From: an uncultured delta proteobacterium
GTDB lineage: Bacteria; Desulfobacterota; RBG-13-43-22
Assembly: GCA_963802945.1 (NCBI GenBank)
Contig: CAWDKY010000053.1
Location: forward strand, 1 to 64,000
Length of the DNA stretch: 64,000 nt
Direction: 5' to 3'
Positions 29,535-38,234 of this stretch are shown here, in pieces; within the stretch, counting starts at the first letter, position 1, and every line of letters begins with the position of its first letter. The notes under the pieces were generated by a model, which was not told the DNA's origin, searched no databases, and saw only the letters and a program-made list of their open reading frames with translations. A program made the translations under genes and the position numbers.

Positions 29535-30831
29535 TCCGCCAAGGGTGGCCATTTATACCCTAGGCTGCAAGGTCAACCAGTTTGAATCCGCCTGTTTATC
29601 GGAACGGTTTCAAGCCCAGGGTTGGGAAACTGTGCCCTTTAAAGAAAAAGCCGATCTCTATATCATCAATACTTGTGCCGTTACCGCTGAGGCCCAAAGG
29701 CAATCGGCCCAGATGGTCAGGCAGGCCGTTCGCAACTATCCCGAATCCAAGGTCATGGTTGTGGGCTGTGCCAGCCAGCTCTTTCCCGATGAATTTAAAA
29801 AGATCCCGGGATTGGATTATGTAATCGGCCATTTCAATAAATTGCAAATCCCTGATCTGATAGGCTCGCTGGAAAAATCCCATCAAACTCGAACGATCTT
29901 ATTTCCTGAGGCAACCCAACCCTTAGAAGCGCATTTCCCTCTGCCCACTAAAAAAACCAGGGCCTTTTTGCGCATTCAGGATGGATGTAACGCCCGATGC
30001 AGTTATTGCCTGGTGCCCAGGGCCAGGGGACGATCCAGAAGCCTGCCTGTGGACGAAGTGGTCTCAGGGGTTGGTTTTTTAAGCCGCCAAGGAATTAAGG
30101 AACTGGTTTTGACCGGTATCCACTTGGGACAATACGGAAGCGATCTTTCTCCGGCTATCACCCTGGTTTCTCTCTTGGAGAGACTCCTTGAACTGCATTC
30201 CCACCTCTATTTCCGATTAAGTTCCCTGGAACCCCAGGAGGTCACCCCTGCCCTGCTCGACCTGTTTAAAAAATTTTCCAATTTGTGTCCCCATCTCCAC
30301 ATCCCTTTGCAGGCCGGAGACAACTCTATCTTAAAAAAAATGAATCGCACCTATTCTGTGGAATTCTACCGCCGCTTGATTCAAACCATCGCTCAAAAAA
30401 TTCCCTATGCGGCCATCGGGACCGATCTGATCGTCGGATTTCCGGGTGAAGGGGAAACCCAATTTCTAAACACCTTAAATTTATTATCGGAAATTCCTTT
30501 GTCCTATTTACACATTTTCCCTTTTTCCCCCCGCCCGGGAACACCGGCAGCCGGATTTCCCGATCCGGTTCCGGAGAAAATCAAGAAAGAACGTATTCAA
30601 AGAGTGCGTTCCATGGATCGGATAAAGCGAGAAGCATTTATTCGACAATGCCTGGGAAAAACTTTTTCCGCCCTCGTCCTGCAACTATCCAAAGAAAAAG
30701 GATGGAGCAAGGCCCTGACTGAAAATTACCTGACCGTTTCCATCCCCGGTCGGTTTAAAAAGAACGAGCGGATCCAGGTACGACTCAACTCGCTGGATTC
30801 AACCGGCTTGACAGGAGCATATATTCCTTAA
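29512..30831 (+). CDS. mtaB: tRNA t6A37 methylthiotransferase MtaB (radical SAM)
   Basis: TLGCKVNQFES, INTCAVT, IQDGCNARCSYC, VLTGIHLGQYG, HIFPFSPRPGTPAA. TTG start at 29512 after AGGAGG. Confidence 0.93.
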   Translation: MKKPGKTNPPRVAIYTLGCKVNQFESACLSERFQAQGWETVPFKEKADLYIINTCAVTAEAQRQSAQMVRQAVRNYPESKVMVVGCASQLFPDEFKKIPGLDYVIGHFNKLQIPDLIGSLEKSHQTRTILFPEATQPLEAHFPLPTKKTRAFLRIQDGCNARCSYCLVPRARGRSRSLPVDEVVSGVGFLSRQGIKELVLTGIHLGQYGSDLSPAITLVSLLERLLELHSHLYFRLSSLEPQEVTPALLDLFKKFSNLCPHLHIPLQAGDNSILKKMNRTYSVEFYRRLIQTIAQKIPYAAIGTDLIVGFPGEGETQFLNTLNLLSEIPLSYLHIFPFSPRPGTPAAGFPDPVPEKIKKERIQRVRSMDRIKREAFIRQCLGKTFSALVLQLSKEKGWSKALTENYLTVSIPGRFKKNERIQVRLNSLDSTGLTGAYIP

Positions 30832-30854
30832 AACTATCCGCCTGAAAGGAAAAA

Positions 30855-31805
30855 ATGACAGTTTCTTTAAAACCCTTGGATCAAGTGGAGATCCTGACAC
30901 TTCAAGATAATTATATCGATATCGCCGCCGGTGATGGCAACGAAATGATTCAAAGGATGTCCCCATTAAAGGATGGAGAAGTAAAAATTACCATATTGGC
31001 GGAACACGGATTCTCCGCCTTGATTACGGTATCAATGGGGGATCAAACCAGGAAACTCCTTTTTGATTTAGGATTTTCCGAATTCGGGGCCGCTTTTAAT
31101 GCCGATAATTTGAAGATCGATTTGACAACGGTAGAGGCCATAGCGATTTCTCATGGACATCCCGATCACACCGGCGGCTTCAAACAACTGGTTGAAAAAA
31201 TAGAGCGAAAAGAAATCCCATTGGTGGTCCATCCTGCGGCCTTTCGACATCCTCGCTATATAAAAATCACTAAAGATTTCAAGGTTGGTTTTCCTGCCTT
31301 CACTCGGGAAATGATCCGGGAGGCCGGTCTTGAACTGATAGAAACCGAAGGATCTTATTCCCTGCTGGACGGCAGCATTCTTTTTCTGGGACAGGTTCCC
31401 CGTGAAACGGCCTATGAAAAAGGCTTGCCCAACGCCTATTATGAGGAACAGGGCCAGGAAAAATTTGATGCCGTTGAAGACGATACGGCCATTGTCATGA
31501 ATCTTAAGGGCAAAGGGCTGGTCATCCTTTCCGGATGCGCCCACTCGGGGATCATCAATACGGTGAATTATGCCAGAATGGTAACCGATATTGATCAGGT
31601 CTATGCCGTTATGGGCGGGTTCCATCTTACCGGCAGCCATTTTGAACCCTTCATCGAGCCGACCACACGAGCCTTAAAGGCCATCAACCCTGTTTACATC
31701 ATCCCTACCCATTGTACCGGTAGGAAGGCCATTAATTACCTGGAGAATGAATTACCGGATAAGTTTATCTTAAACATGGCGGGAACAAAATTAACCTTCA
31801 TATAA
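30855..31805 (+). CDS. metallo-beta-lactamase-fold hydrolase
   Basis: AEHGFS, LFDLG, SHGHPDHTGG, SGCAHSG, GGFHL, PTHCTG. Confidence 0.9.
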   Translation: MTVSLKPLDQVEILTLQDNYIDIAAGDGNEMIQRMSPLKDGEVKITILAEHGFSALITVSMGDQTRKLLFDLGFSEFGAAFNADNLKIDLTTVEAIAISHGHPDHTGGFKQLVEKIERKEIPLVVHPAAFRHPRYIKITKDFKVGFPAFTREMIREAGLELIETEGSYSLLDGSILFLGQVPRETAYEKGLPNAYYEEQGQEKFDAVEDDTAIVMNLKGKGLVILSGCAHSGIINTVNYARMVTDIDQVYAVMGGFHLTGSHFEPFIEPTTRALKAINPVYIIPTHCTGRKAINYLENELPDKFILNMAGTKLTFI

Positions 31806-31900
31806 AGGCAGTAAATATTGATCTCTCCTCAGCAACTCTCATCCAGGAAGGAAATGGTAGCGACGGGTCCGAGTTGAACGCTGGATCAGGGCTTGTTGGT

Positions 31901-32509
31901 TCACTTAATGCCTTGCATCATGGCTTTAAAATGCAATCTATCAGCGGACACTGGAAATATTGCGGCTATGGATTTCTTTTGAAGAGGACCATCAAACACT
32001 ACGACCTCGATGCTGTCAGCCCCTGCCAGAATCGCTTCGATCACCTTTCGCATATAGCCAATTTTATTTCTGGTAGGGGTCCCTGTTCCGAAGGTAAAGC
32101 CATCGTCCACTTCGGCACTCCACCAACCGTTTAAGGGAACTTGAAAACTGGACCGCTTCTTCCCTTGAATGAGAGTGATCTTCATTAATTTTTTCGCTCC
32201 TACTGGGGCGTCTGGACCCTCAAAATATCCAAAATCGAATCCCTGGACTATGGATGCCGGAGAAATGGTGAACTCCAATGAAAGGTAGCCTATTGCCTGT
32301 TTATCTTTACCATCCTGCGTACAAATAAATCTCAAGCGGGATATGCAAGGCGTTTCAAAAATCGTCAATTTTTGTTCTGTGTATACTTCCCTGAGGTCAT
32401 ATTGATTGACCGAGTACTTCCAATTACCTTGAGCAGACAGGGAGTGCGGGCCGAAAAGCAGGATACCTGTTGTAATAAAGAAGGTTGCTCTGCAAAATGG
32501 CTTTACCAT
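31901..32509 (-). CDS. exported hypothetical protein (cassette)
   Basis: 202-aa ORF with signal peptide and AGGAGA RBS just after an attC R' box. Confidence 0.7.
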   Translation of the reverse strand: MVKPFCRATFFITTGILLFGPHSLSAQGNWKYSVNQYDLREVYTEQKLTIFETPCISRLRFICTQDGKDKQAIGYLSLEFTISPASIVQGFDFGYFEGPDAPVGAKKLMKITLIQGKKRSSFQVPLNGWWSAEVDDGFTFGTGTPTRNKIGYMRKVIEAILAGADSIEVVVFDGPLQKKSIAAIFPVSADRLHFKAMMQGIK

Positions 32510-32537
32510 ATTAATGGTTCTCCTGATAGGCGATGAG

Positions 32538-32595
32538 TCCTAACGTTGGAGTTCAGGGGCCGCTTTCAGGCCGGCCGCTGGAACGGCGTTTGGAT
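32538..32595 (-). mobile_element. integron attC site
   Basis: Minus strand ATCCAAAC-GCC-GTTC(C)AGCGGCCG..CGGCCCCTGAAC-TCCAAC-GTTAGGA: R''-like box, paired L boxes with an extrahelical base, GTTRRR R' box. Confidence 0.8.
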
Positions 32596-32630
32596 TTCGC
32601 TGCACCACGGGGATCTGATGACGGTTCTAA

Positions 32631-33131
32631 TCATTCAGCCGAGGCTCCAAGGAAGATCGTGCTCACTTTTCCATTCTGAAAGTGGAACATCAATCCCCCA
32701 TAGATGGAACCTGCCACGAAGTTCCCGAAGTGTTTGCTATCCTCTCTATTCCAGTAGGGCTTGTAGGCTTTCATGACCTCCTGCTCGGTGCTCCCAATCC
32801 GAATACCTTGCTTCGTAGTCAGAATGCTGGGACTGACCAAGGCAATTGAATTTATTGACTTAGGAGCACCTTTTTTCTCTGAGATCATACCGAGTGTAAT
32901 ACCGCAACCGACAAACTCCCATTCTTGGTGATAAGCCCCATCAGCACCCCACAGCTTCTCTGGTCCACGTTTCAGGGCGCATTGAATGGTCTTCTTGACT
33001 TCTCCTACAGAGAGGCCAATACGAAGGTTACCTATTCGTTCTTCGCGAAGCAGAGCGAATTTATCTGCAGCAAAAGAAAGGCTATACACCAATCCAACAA
33101 GCATGAAGGAGGCGAAAATCTTCTTGAGCAT
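32631..33131 (-). CDS. exported hypothetical protein (cassette)
   Basis: 166 aa, signal peptide ending SFA; preceded by GTTAGGA plus GAGGAGG RBS and followed by attC. Confidence 0.75.
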   Translation of the reverse strand: MLKKIFASFMLVGLVYSLSFAADKFALLREERIGNLRIGLSVGEVKKTIQCALKRGPEKLWGADGAYHQEWEFVGCGITLGMISEKKGAPKSINSIALVSPSILTTKQGIRIGSTEQEVMKAYKPYWNREDSKHFGNFVAGSIYGGLMFHFQNGKVSTIFLGASAE

Positions 33132-33238
33132 AGTTCCCTCCTCTCATCCTAACGGTGGAAACCCATAGGTTCGGCAAATTTCTTCAATGGGCTACGGTAA
33201 GATCTGCCCCCAACATCACAACATCGAACTTTTTTCTA

Positions 33239-33349
33239 TCAAGCCTTTTTTTTCGGTTGCTTGGCCAGCTTATCTTTTGCTTTTTGGTCTTGTCTGGTTG
33301 CCTTCTGTTTCTGACCCTTGTCCTTATCCTTCTTGCCTTTGTCTCCCAT
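33239..33349 (-). CDS. 36-aa lysine-rich small protein
   Basis: AAGGAG RBS; MGDKGKKDKDKGQKQKATRQDQKAKDKLAKQPKKKA*. Below the ORF-track size cutoff. Confidence 0.65.
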   Translation of the reverse strand: MGDKGKKDKDKGQKQKATRQDQKAKDKLAKQPKKKA

Positions 33350-33435
33350 TGGGTAGCTCCTTTCCCTTCTGTGAGGTGTTATTTTTCACATATATCCCCA
33401 TAGTTCCCGGGCTTCTGAGTCGGGCCCAAGACCTG

Positions 33436-34296
33436 CTATTTAAATTCCACTACAATGGGATTGGCCATCTCCATTTTTAGTCCTTCAATTCCTTTTATCA
33501 ACTCTTTTGTCTCTTCGAACGTCTTGGGATTGGCTGCAATGATCTTTTCAAAAACATCTTTGTTTTCGATAAGCTTGCCGAAATTCAGATCTACCATGGT
33601 AAGTTCAGATTCTTTTTGATAGGTCGCATTGGTTTTAAGGATTGTGCCGTCTATCACGAGGGCGATCCTTATTCCCATATCCTTTAAAAGTGTCATCGCC
33701 ATCTCTGCGGCCTTGGGGTCCACTTTACCCTTATTCTGTATTTCTCCTTTATTCTGCACTTCTTCCTTGGGAACCTGAACTTCCTCTCCTTTCTTGTTCT
33801 TGGGCATCATCACGGTTAGAGTTGATACCGGTCCCTTCACGAATTTGAATAGGATGTCCTCTTCCTTGGCCGGTTTTTCTTCGCCAGCCCCGGGTTTTTT
33901 CGTCTTGTTTCCAGGATTCTGGTTTACTTTTAGCGTATTGATGTCCTTAAAGGCAAAAATGGCTTTATAGCCGCTCATGGTTTCAGTCTTCAGCGGGATT
34001 GCTGAAACGAATTTCACATCAGGGCCAAACTGCTTTTCACGTGATTGGGCATCCTTTATCATCCCCTGAACGGGGTCCTGTTTCTCTGTCTTGGCTTCGT
34101 TTTTGGTATCGTTGTCGCCGCCGGCAAACCCTTTCGACAGTTCCTGAAAAGAGTCCAAAAAAGAATTAGACAGCAGGAAAGTCTCCTCGATAACACCACT
34201 GCCGTCCGGTTTGATACGTATGACTGTATCGGTTTGGAAGCATCCGAATAAGAAAACAGAGCCTATGACCGCACAAAGTACTCTGAAATAACGCAT
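33436..34296 (-). CDS. lipoprotein of unknown function
   Basis: GAAGGAG RBS, MRYFRVL...LFGC lipobox, IRIKPDGSG motif. Confidence 0.8.
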   Translation of the reverse strand: MRYFRVLCAVIGSVFLFGCFQTDTVIRIKPDGSGVIEETFLLSNSFLDSFQELSKGFAGGDNDTKNEAKTEKQDPVQGMIKDAQSREKQFGPDVKFVSAIPLKTETMSGYKAIFAFKDINTLKVNQNPGNKTKKPGAGEEKPAKEEDILFKFVKGPVSTLTVMMPKNKKGEEVQVPKEEVQNKGEIQNKGKVDPKAAEMAMTLLKDMGIRIALVIDGTILKTNATYQKESELTMVDLNFGKLIENKDVFEKIIAANPKTFEETKELIKGIEGLKMEMANPIVVEFK

Positions 34297-34346
34297 TTGG
34301 ATCTCCTTCCCCCTGTTGGCTCCTGTTTGGACCGTTGGCCGAAAAC

Positions 34347-34766
34347 TCAATTGATCCGCAATAGGGTTGCAGAATCGTGAGCCATGGCCGATACGATCTT
34401 CCAGTTATTGTCCGTCTTGCGTAACGTGTAGGTGTAGGTATAGGTTTTCCCTGTTCCCCCAAGTTGCTCCCCTTCCGAGGAGTAACGTTCTAAAATGACG
34501 CTCACCATGGCCAGTCCTTTACTCATCTGTCTGGCGTGGAGGTCAATGATATCCGTTCGTGCATATTTGTTTTCTCTCAGGATATCCATATTCCGGGCAA
34601 AGCTGTCCTCTATCTCAGCCGGTGTGCCCAAAACCCGCACTTCCCGGGACGATATGGACATAAAGGGGACCTGGTAAAAGGGAAGGATAGCCTTAGGGTT
34701 GAGCGATTGGAAAGCCTGAACATAATTTTGATAGGTCTGAATGATTTTTTCTTTTTCGTTATTCAT
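34347..34766 (-). CDS. NTF2/SnoaL-like (DUF4440-like) protein
   Basis: YVQAFQSLNPKAILPFY...YTLRKTDNNWKIV pattern; preceded by a GTTATGT R'-like box (34790-34796) and AAGGAG. Confidence 0.75.
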   Translation of the reverse strand: MNNEKEKIIQTYQNYVQAFQSLNPKAILPFYQVPFMSISSREVRVLGTPAEIEDSFARNMDILRENKYARTDIIDLHARQMSKGLAMVSVILERYSSEGEQLGGTGKTYTYTYTLRKTDNNWKIVSAMAHDSATLLRIN

Positions 34767-34826
34767 GGGGATTCATTTCTCCTTTTTCTACATAACTCTG
34801 AGGTTATTGTAAATTTCACAACTCCC

Positions 34827-35090
34827 GTCACCCCGGCGAAACCCGGGGTCTAGGATGCATCGAAAAACTGGATTCCGGCTTTCGAGACTGTGTCGTAATA
34901 GCGGACAGCGCCATCAAAGCCGTCATGCCGGCGAAAGCCGGCATCCAGACGTCGTCCCGGCGAAAGCCGGGAACCAGACCCATATCCCCTGGATTCCCCC
35001 GGATCGAGTCCGGGGCAGGCTCCTCGTCGCGCTTCGCTTGCACGGAATGACAAAAATATAATTGCGACACAGTCCCTTAGCCGGAATGAC
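34827..35090. repeat. nested REP/TIR-MITE (MITE 34884-35076)
   Basis: CTGGATTCCGGCTTTC[GAGACTGTGTCGTAAT...ATTGCGACACAGTCCC]TTAGCCGGAATGAC; near-identical to 18203-18457. Confidence 0.88.
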
Positions 35091-35127
35091 GTCTCGGGAC
35101 TTTTGCAAAAGACAACTCTGACACGTT

Positions 35128-35409
35128 TTATTGATTGATCTTTAGTTTAAAATCGTCCCGTTCTTTTTCCAAATCCCGCAACAACTTCAAGACCCGATCA
35201 AAATCCTTGCCCATCGATTTCTTTGAATCATCCGCGTTCTTCCAGATGATCTCGAACGGACCTTCGACATCCGTGGAAAGGACATCCCAGAGCGCATCGA
35301 GATTGCGCCCGAAATGCTCCGGCAGATCAATGAGGATCGAGATCCGATCATAGAGATCGTCGAGCGAACCTATTGTTTTCCCATTTAACGTGCATCGTTT
35401 TATCGGCAT
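35128..35409 (-). CDS. barstar-family ribonuclease inhibitor
   Basis: LPEHFGRNLDALWDVL motif; overlaps the end of the barnase-like gene. Confidence 0.92.
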   Translation of the reverse strand: MPIKRCTLNGKTIGSLDDLYDRISILIDLPEHFGRNLDALWDVLSTDVEGPFEIIWKNADDSKKSMGKDFDRVLKLLRDLEKERDDFKLKINQ

Positions 35410-35870
35410 GCCGGCACCTCCATAAAGGTCTTGTAGTGATCCACGGTCACAAATCGTTTTCCATCGCCGGAAAAAATAAGGCGTTTGCCGCCCCGGTGTC
35501 CGCCCTTATAGTCGAGGTCCGCCTCGCGCCATTGATTATCGGGCAATCGGCCCTCCAGGTTCTTGAAATGGTCTCCGCCCATGCTCGCGCCTCTGAGTGC
35601 GCTCACTAACCAAAGGTCCATTCCGGGTCTCCATCCCTGTGACCGGGCCTCATACTTGTTCACGAACTTAGGCGGGAGCCTTTTATTATTCGTCATGTTC
35701 AGACTGCGAAGTATTTCGGTCAGCTCCTGCTCGTCGATTCCGGACGAGAGCCGCGCATTGACTGCCTGGACGACCTTCTCACAGGATTCGGCATAGGCCG
35801 GCGTCTGCAGGAAGAGGCCTGTCAAAAATAAGAAAAGAATAGCTGATCTAATCAGTATACGTTGTTTCAT
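35400..35870 (-). CDS. secreted barnase-like guanyl-specific ribonuclease
   Basis: Signal peptide ending AYA; LPPKFVNK.EA..GW, GGD.F.N.EGRLP, WREADLDY..G.RG..RLIFS.DG..TVDHYKTF. Confidence 0.92.
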   Translation of the reverse strand: MKQRILIRSAILFLFLTGLFLQTPAYAESCEKVVQAVNARLSSGIDEQELTEILRSLNMTNNKRLPPKFVNKYEARSQGWRPGMDLWLVSALRGASMGGDHFKNLEGRLPDNQWREADLDYKGGHRGGKRLIFSGDGKRFVTVDHYKTFMEVPACR

Positions 35871-36003
35871 TGAATGCTCTCCATTTGATTTTAGGCGACA
35901 TCAGGCCCGGTTGATTCGAACCGAAACCTGATTTCCGCATCCACGACTCCTCTTTTAGGTAGCCAGTTATTCTACAATCTCTGATTGGTGTGATCCCCGG
36001 CGC

Positions 36004-36687
36004 TTAAGGCTTGAGACCCCGGTGTGCCTTCCAGTATTGGTATTCATAAGGCCATTCCTCTTTACGCCAGAGCATCAGAGAACGCATTCGCTCATTGAAC
36101 TTTCGGGTGACCTCTTTGTACTTAGGATTGGTTTCTTTGGCGCTCCAGGCCTCCACCAGTCTCTTGCCCAGGGCAAAGGCCTTTTCTCTTGTTTTCGAAG
36201 GAAAGTCGTAATCCTTTATCCGCCCCATCGTCGCCCATACAGCGCCTACCGGGATAGCCCCGGTGGTGGCCAGAAAATGCTGCATGTAGTCCGCGATGGG
36301 CGCCTCATCCCCTCCACCAGAGGTTACCACGGCCACGCCATATTTCCCCTCGAAACTCTGGCAATGGACCACGCCGCAACAGCGGTCAAGGAAGGCCTTC
36401 AATTGGGCGCTGACATGAAAGATATAGTTGGGACTGGCGAGAATGATACCGTCGGCCTTATCGACACTCTCCTTGATCGTTCTGAATAAATCCTTCTGTG
36501 GACAGGCACCTACTCTGTGGCAGGTGTTGCAGGCCTTGCACGGTTTTACCTCCTGTCCTTTGATGGCAAAAACCTCGGTAGCGGCTCCAAGGCTCTCAGC
36601 CCCCTGAAGCACTATCTTCATCAGGGCGCCCGTAGCCCCATTTGTTCCTCTCGGGCTGCCAATAACGGCTGTAATCTTCATAATCAT
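36004..36687 (-). CDS. iron-sulfur flavoprotein / flavodoxin family protein (cassette)
   Basis: IGSPRG, CKACNTC-x5-C, LASPNY, KAFLDR; starts just after an attC site. Confidence 0.88.
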   Translation of the reverse strand: MIMKITAVIGSPRGTNGATGALMKIVLQGAESLGAATEVFAIKGQEVKPCKACNTCHRVGACPQKDLFRTIKESVDKADGIILASPNYIFHVSAQLKAFLDRCCGVVHCQSFEGKYGVAVVTSGGGDEAPIADYMQHFLATTGAIPVGAVWATMGRIKDYDFPSKTREKAFALGKRLVEAWSAKETNPKYKEVTRKFNERMRSLMLWRKEEWPYEYQYWKAHRGLKP

Positions 36688-36742
36688 TCTCCTCCTTGTA
36701 GGCCTTGTCCCTATTTTTTTCATGTTCAGTCTTTTTATGACT

Positions 36743-36806
36743 GGCTAACTCCAGAGCTAACCCGTCGACCGTTTACAGGCAGACCTGGTTGAGCGATTGG
36801 TTAGAT
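36743..36806 (-). mobile_element. integron attC site
   Basis: Minus strand ATCTAAC-CAATC-GCT(C)AACC...GGTTAGC-TCTGGA-GTTAGCC: RYYYAAC R'' box, L boxes with extrahelical base, GTT R' box; 64 bp. Confidence 0.88.
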
Positions 36807-37110
36807 TTTGTGCCTTATGAATCTTTGCTTTTTTAACCAGCCGTAACTCAAGACGGCAGCCGAGGACCTGTGCATATTTTTGCAGTGTGGCGAGCGAAGG
36901 TAGGTGTTTCCCACTGCCGGATTCCAATCGCGCAATTGCCGATTGAGTTGTGCCGATGCGCTCGGCAATCTGAGTCTGAGTCAGACTGGCAGCAGATCGA
37001 GCTTCTAAAAACTGATCAAGGAAGTTGAATTCTTCATCAAGCCGGTCGTATTCAGCCTTTACGTCGGCTCGTGCGAGGGCGCGGGCCTTAAGTTCTTTAT
37101 GATTTAGCAT
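36757..37110 (-). CDS. XRE-family HTH antitoxin
   Basis: LTQTQIAERIGTTQSAIARLESG..PSLATLQKYA; C-terminus runs into the attC. Confidence 0.9.
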   Translation of the reverse strand: MLNHKELKARALARADVKAEYDRLDEEFNFLDQFLEARSAASLTQTQIAERIGTTQSAIARLESGSGKHLPSLATLQKYAQVLGCRLELRLVKKAKIHKAQNLTNRSTRSACKRSTG

Positions 37111-37429
37111 TTTTGATCTCCTTCATTCTCCTTCGAGCTATGGCCAGTTCTTTGGACATGGTCTTTTCGGATTTTTTTATGAACTGGTGGAGGATTACAA
37201 TCCTTCTTCCAATAATAGTGCCGTACAATACTCTCGCAATTCCCTCCGAGGCTTTGAGTCGCAATTCAAATAACCCATCACCCATGGCGCGAGTGTGAGG
37301 CATACCCAAGTCTGGGCCGTATATCTCCATCCGATCCGAGTATCTAAGGTAGCGGGCAAGAAGACCCTTGGGTAAAGCAAGAATTTTAAGCTGAACTGAC
37401 TCGCTGTAATAGGTGATCGTCCAATTCAT
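37097..37429 (-). CDS. RelE/ParE-superfamily (Gp49/HigB-like) toxin
   Basis: GPDLGMPHTRAMGDGLFELR...RVLY...ILHQFIKKSEKT..ELAIARRR; toxin-first arrangement. Confidence 0.9.
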   Translation of the reverse strand: MNWTITYYSESVQLKILALPKGLLARYLRYSDRMEIYGPDLGMPHTRAMGDGLFELRLKASEGIARVLYGTIIGRRIVILHQFIKKSEKTMSKELAIARRRMKEIKNAKS

Positions 37430-37435
37430 GATTAC

Positions 37436-37464
37436 AATATAGCAGAAATGCTATATTCTGTCCA
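37436..37464 (-). promoter_or_regulatory. TA promoter with overlapping palindromic operator
   Basis: Minus strand TGGACA-17 nt-TATATT-6 nt-ATG; perfect inverted repeat AATATAGCA-GAAA-TGCTATATT (37436-37457). Confidence 0.75.
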
Positions 37465-37494
37465 GTGAAAGTTTTTTTAATAAGTTGCGTGGCC

Positions 37495-37682
37495 TATCCA
37501 AATGGTGGTCTCGGTAGGGAGTACGCCAGACCTGATTTGGAATGAAATATCAATTGGCTCGCGGCATTGATGTTCTGCTTAAAAGTTTCTTTTGGGGGGT
37601 AGAATGGTCGCTTTAAGACCCTTTTTACCCACCACTTTATATAATTCATTAAGAATTCAATTTGTTAATTTAGTCCGACCCC
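37495..37682 (-). mobile_element. left end and 5' remnant of a Y1 (IS200/RAYT-like) transposase element
   Basis: GGGGTCGGAC terminus, then ATG at 37567 reading MPRAN*YFIPNQVWR; homologous to 38022-38140 and 39658-39821. Confidence 0.6.
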
Positions 37683-37945
37683 TATCCAGAGATACTTTCT
37701 ACCGGCTTTTGACCGATTTCTACGACTTCAATCGTTCCTAGATCTTTCCAGTGCTCAAGCCACTTATTAAATAGTGATGGGTCGTTTGTTTCCATTAACT
37801 GAAAGCACCGAGCACCGTCTTTCTCGAGCCAACTGTTTAAGTAGTGGAGTCCTTCCGGCAACATTCTGCCTTTCTTTTGGAACCGCTCGTAAATTTTATC
37901 TTTGCATCCCGGTTTGAACGTCTCGATGACCATGTACTGCTTCAT
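37682..37945 (-). CDS. DUF3303-like small protein (cassette)
   Basis: MKQYMVIETF..IYERFQKKGRMLPEGLHYLNSW..RCFQLMET..W...WKDL. Start at 37945; the longer ORF runs through repeat DNA. Confidence 0.8.
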   Translation of the reverse strand: MKQYMVIETFKPGCKDKIYERFQKKGRMLPEGLHYLNSWLEKDGARCFQLMETNDPSLFNKWLEHWKDLGTIEVVEIGQKPVESISG

Positions 37946-37963
37946 TTTCCTGTTCTCCCATGG

Positions 37964-38140
37964 CGCTAATGCGTCGTTGAACCTTGGCACGATCTGCGGT
38001 GCCGAAGGCACATGTGTATTTGAGGTCGGACCAAACCAGCCCCTGAAATATCGATTGGCCACCGCCATCTGTGTTTTGCTTAGAACCTTCTTTTGGAGGA
38101 TAAAATGATAATTCATTCCTTTGGCCTGGTTCGATCCCCC
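37964..38140 (-). mobile_element. MITE (38022-38140) fused to the right half of an attC-like site (37964-38021)
   Basis: Imperfect TIRs GGGGATCGAACCAGGCC / GGTTTGGTCCGACCTC, then AAATACACATGTGCCTTCGGCAC..CGTGCCAAGGTTCAACGACGCATTAGCG. Confidence 0.65.
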
Positions 38141-38234
38141 ATTTTCTATTTAAAGAAAATTGCTTTTTATCACATATTATATTAATCTTAAAAAGAATTA
38201 TTTGCAAATTTAAACCTAATCAGAGAGGGGACTA

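Noticed and set aside
37946-38116. 57-aa N-terminal extension of the DUF3303-like ORF
   Set aside because: It runs through MITE and attC-half DNA; the recognisable domain starts at 37945.
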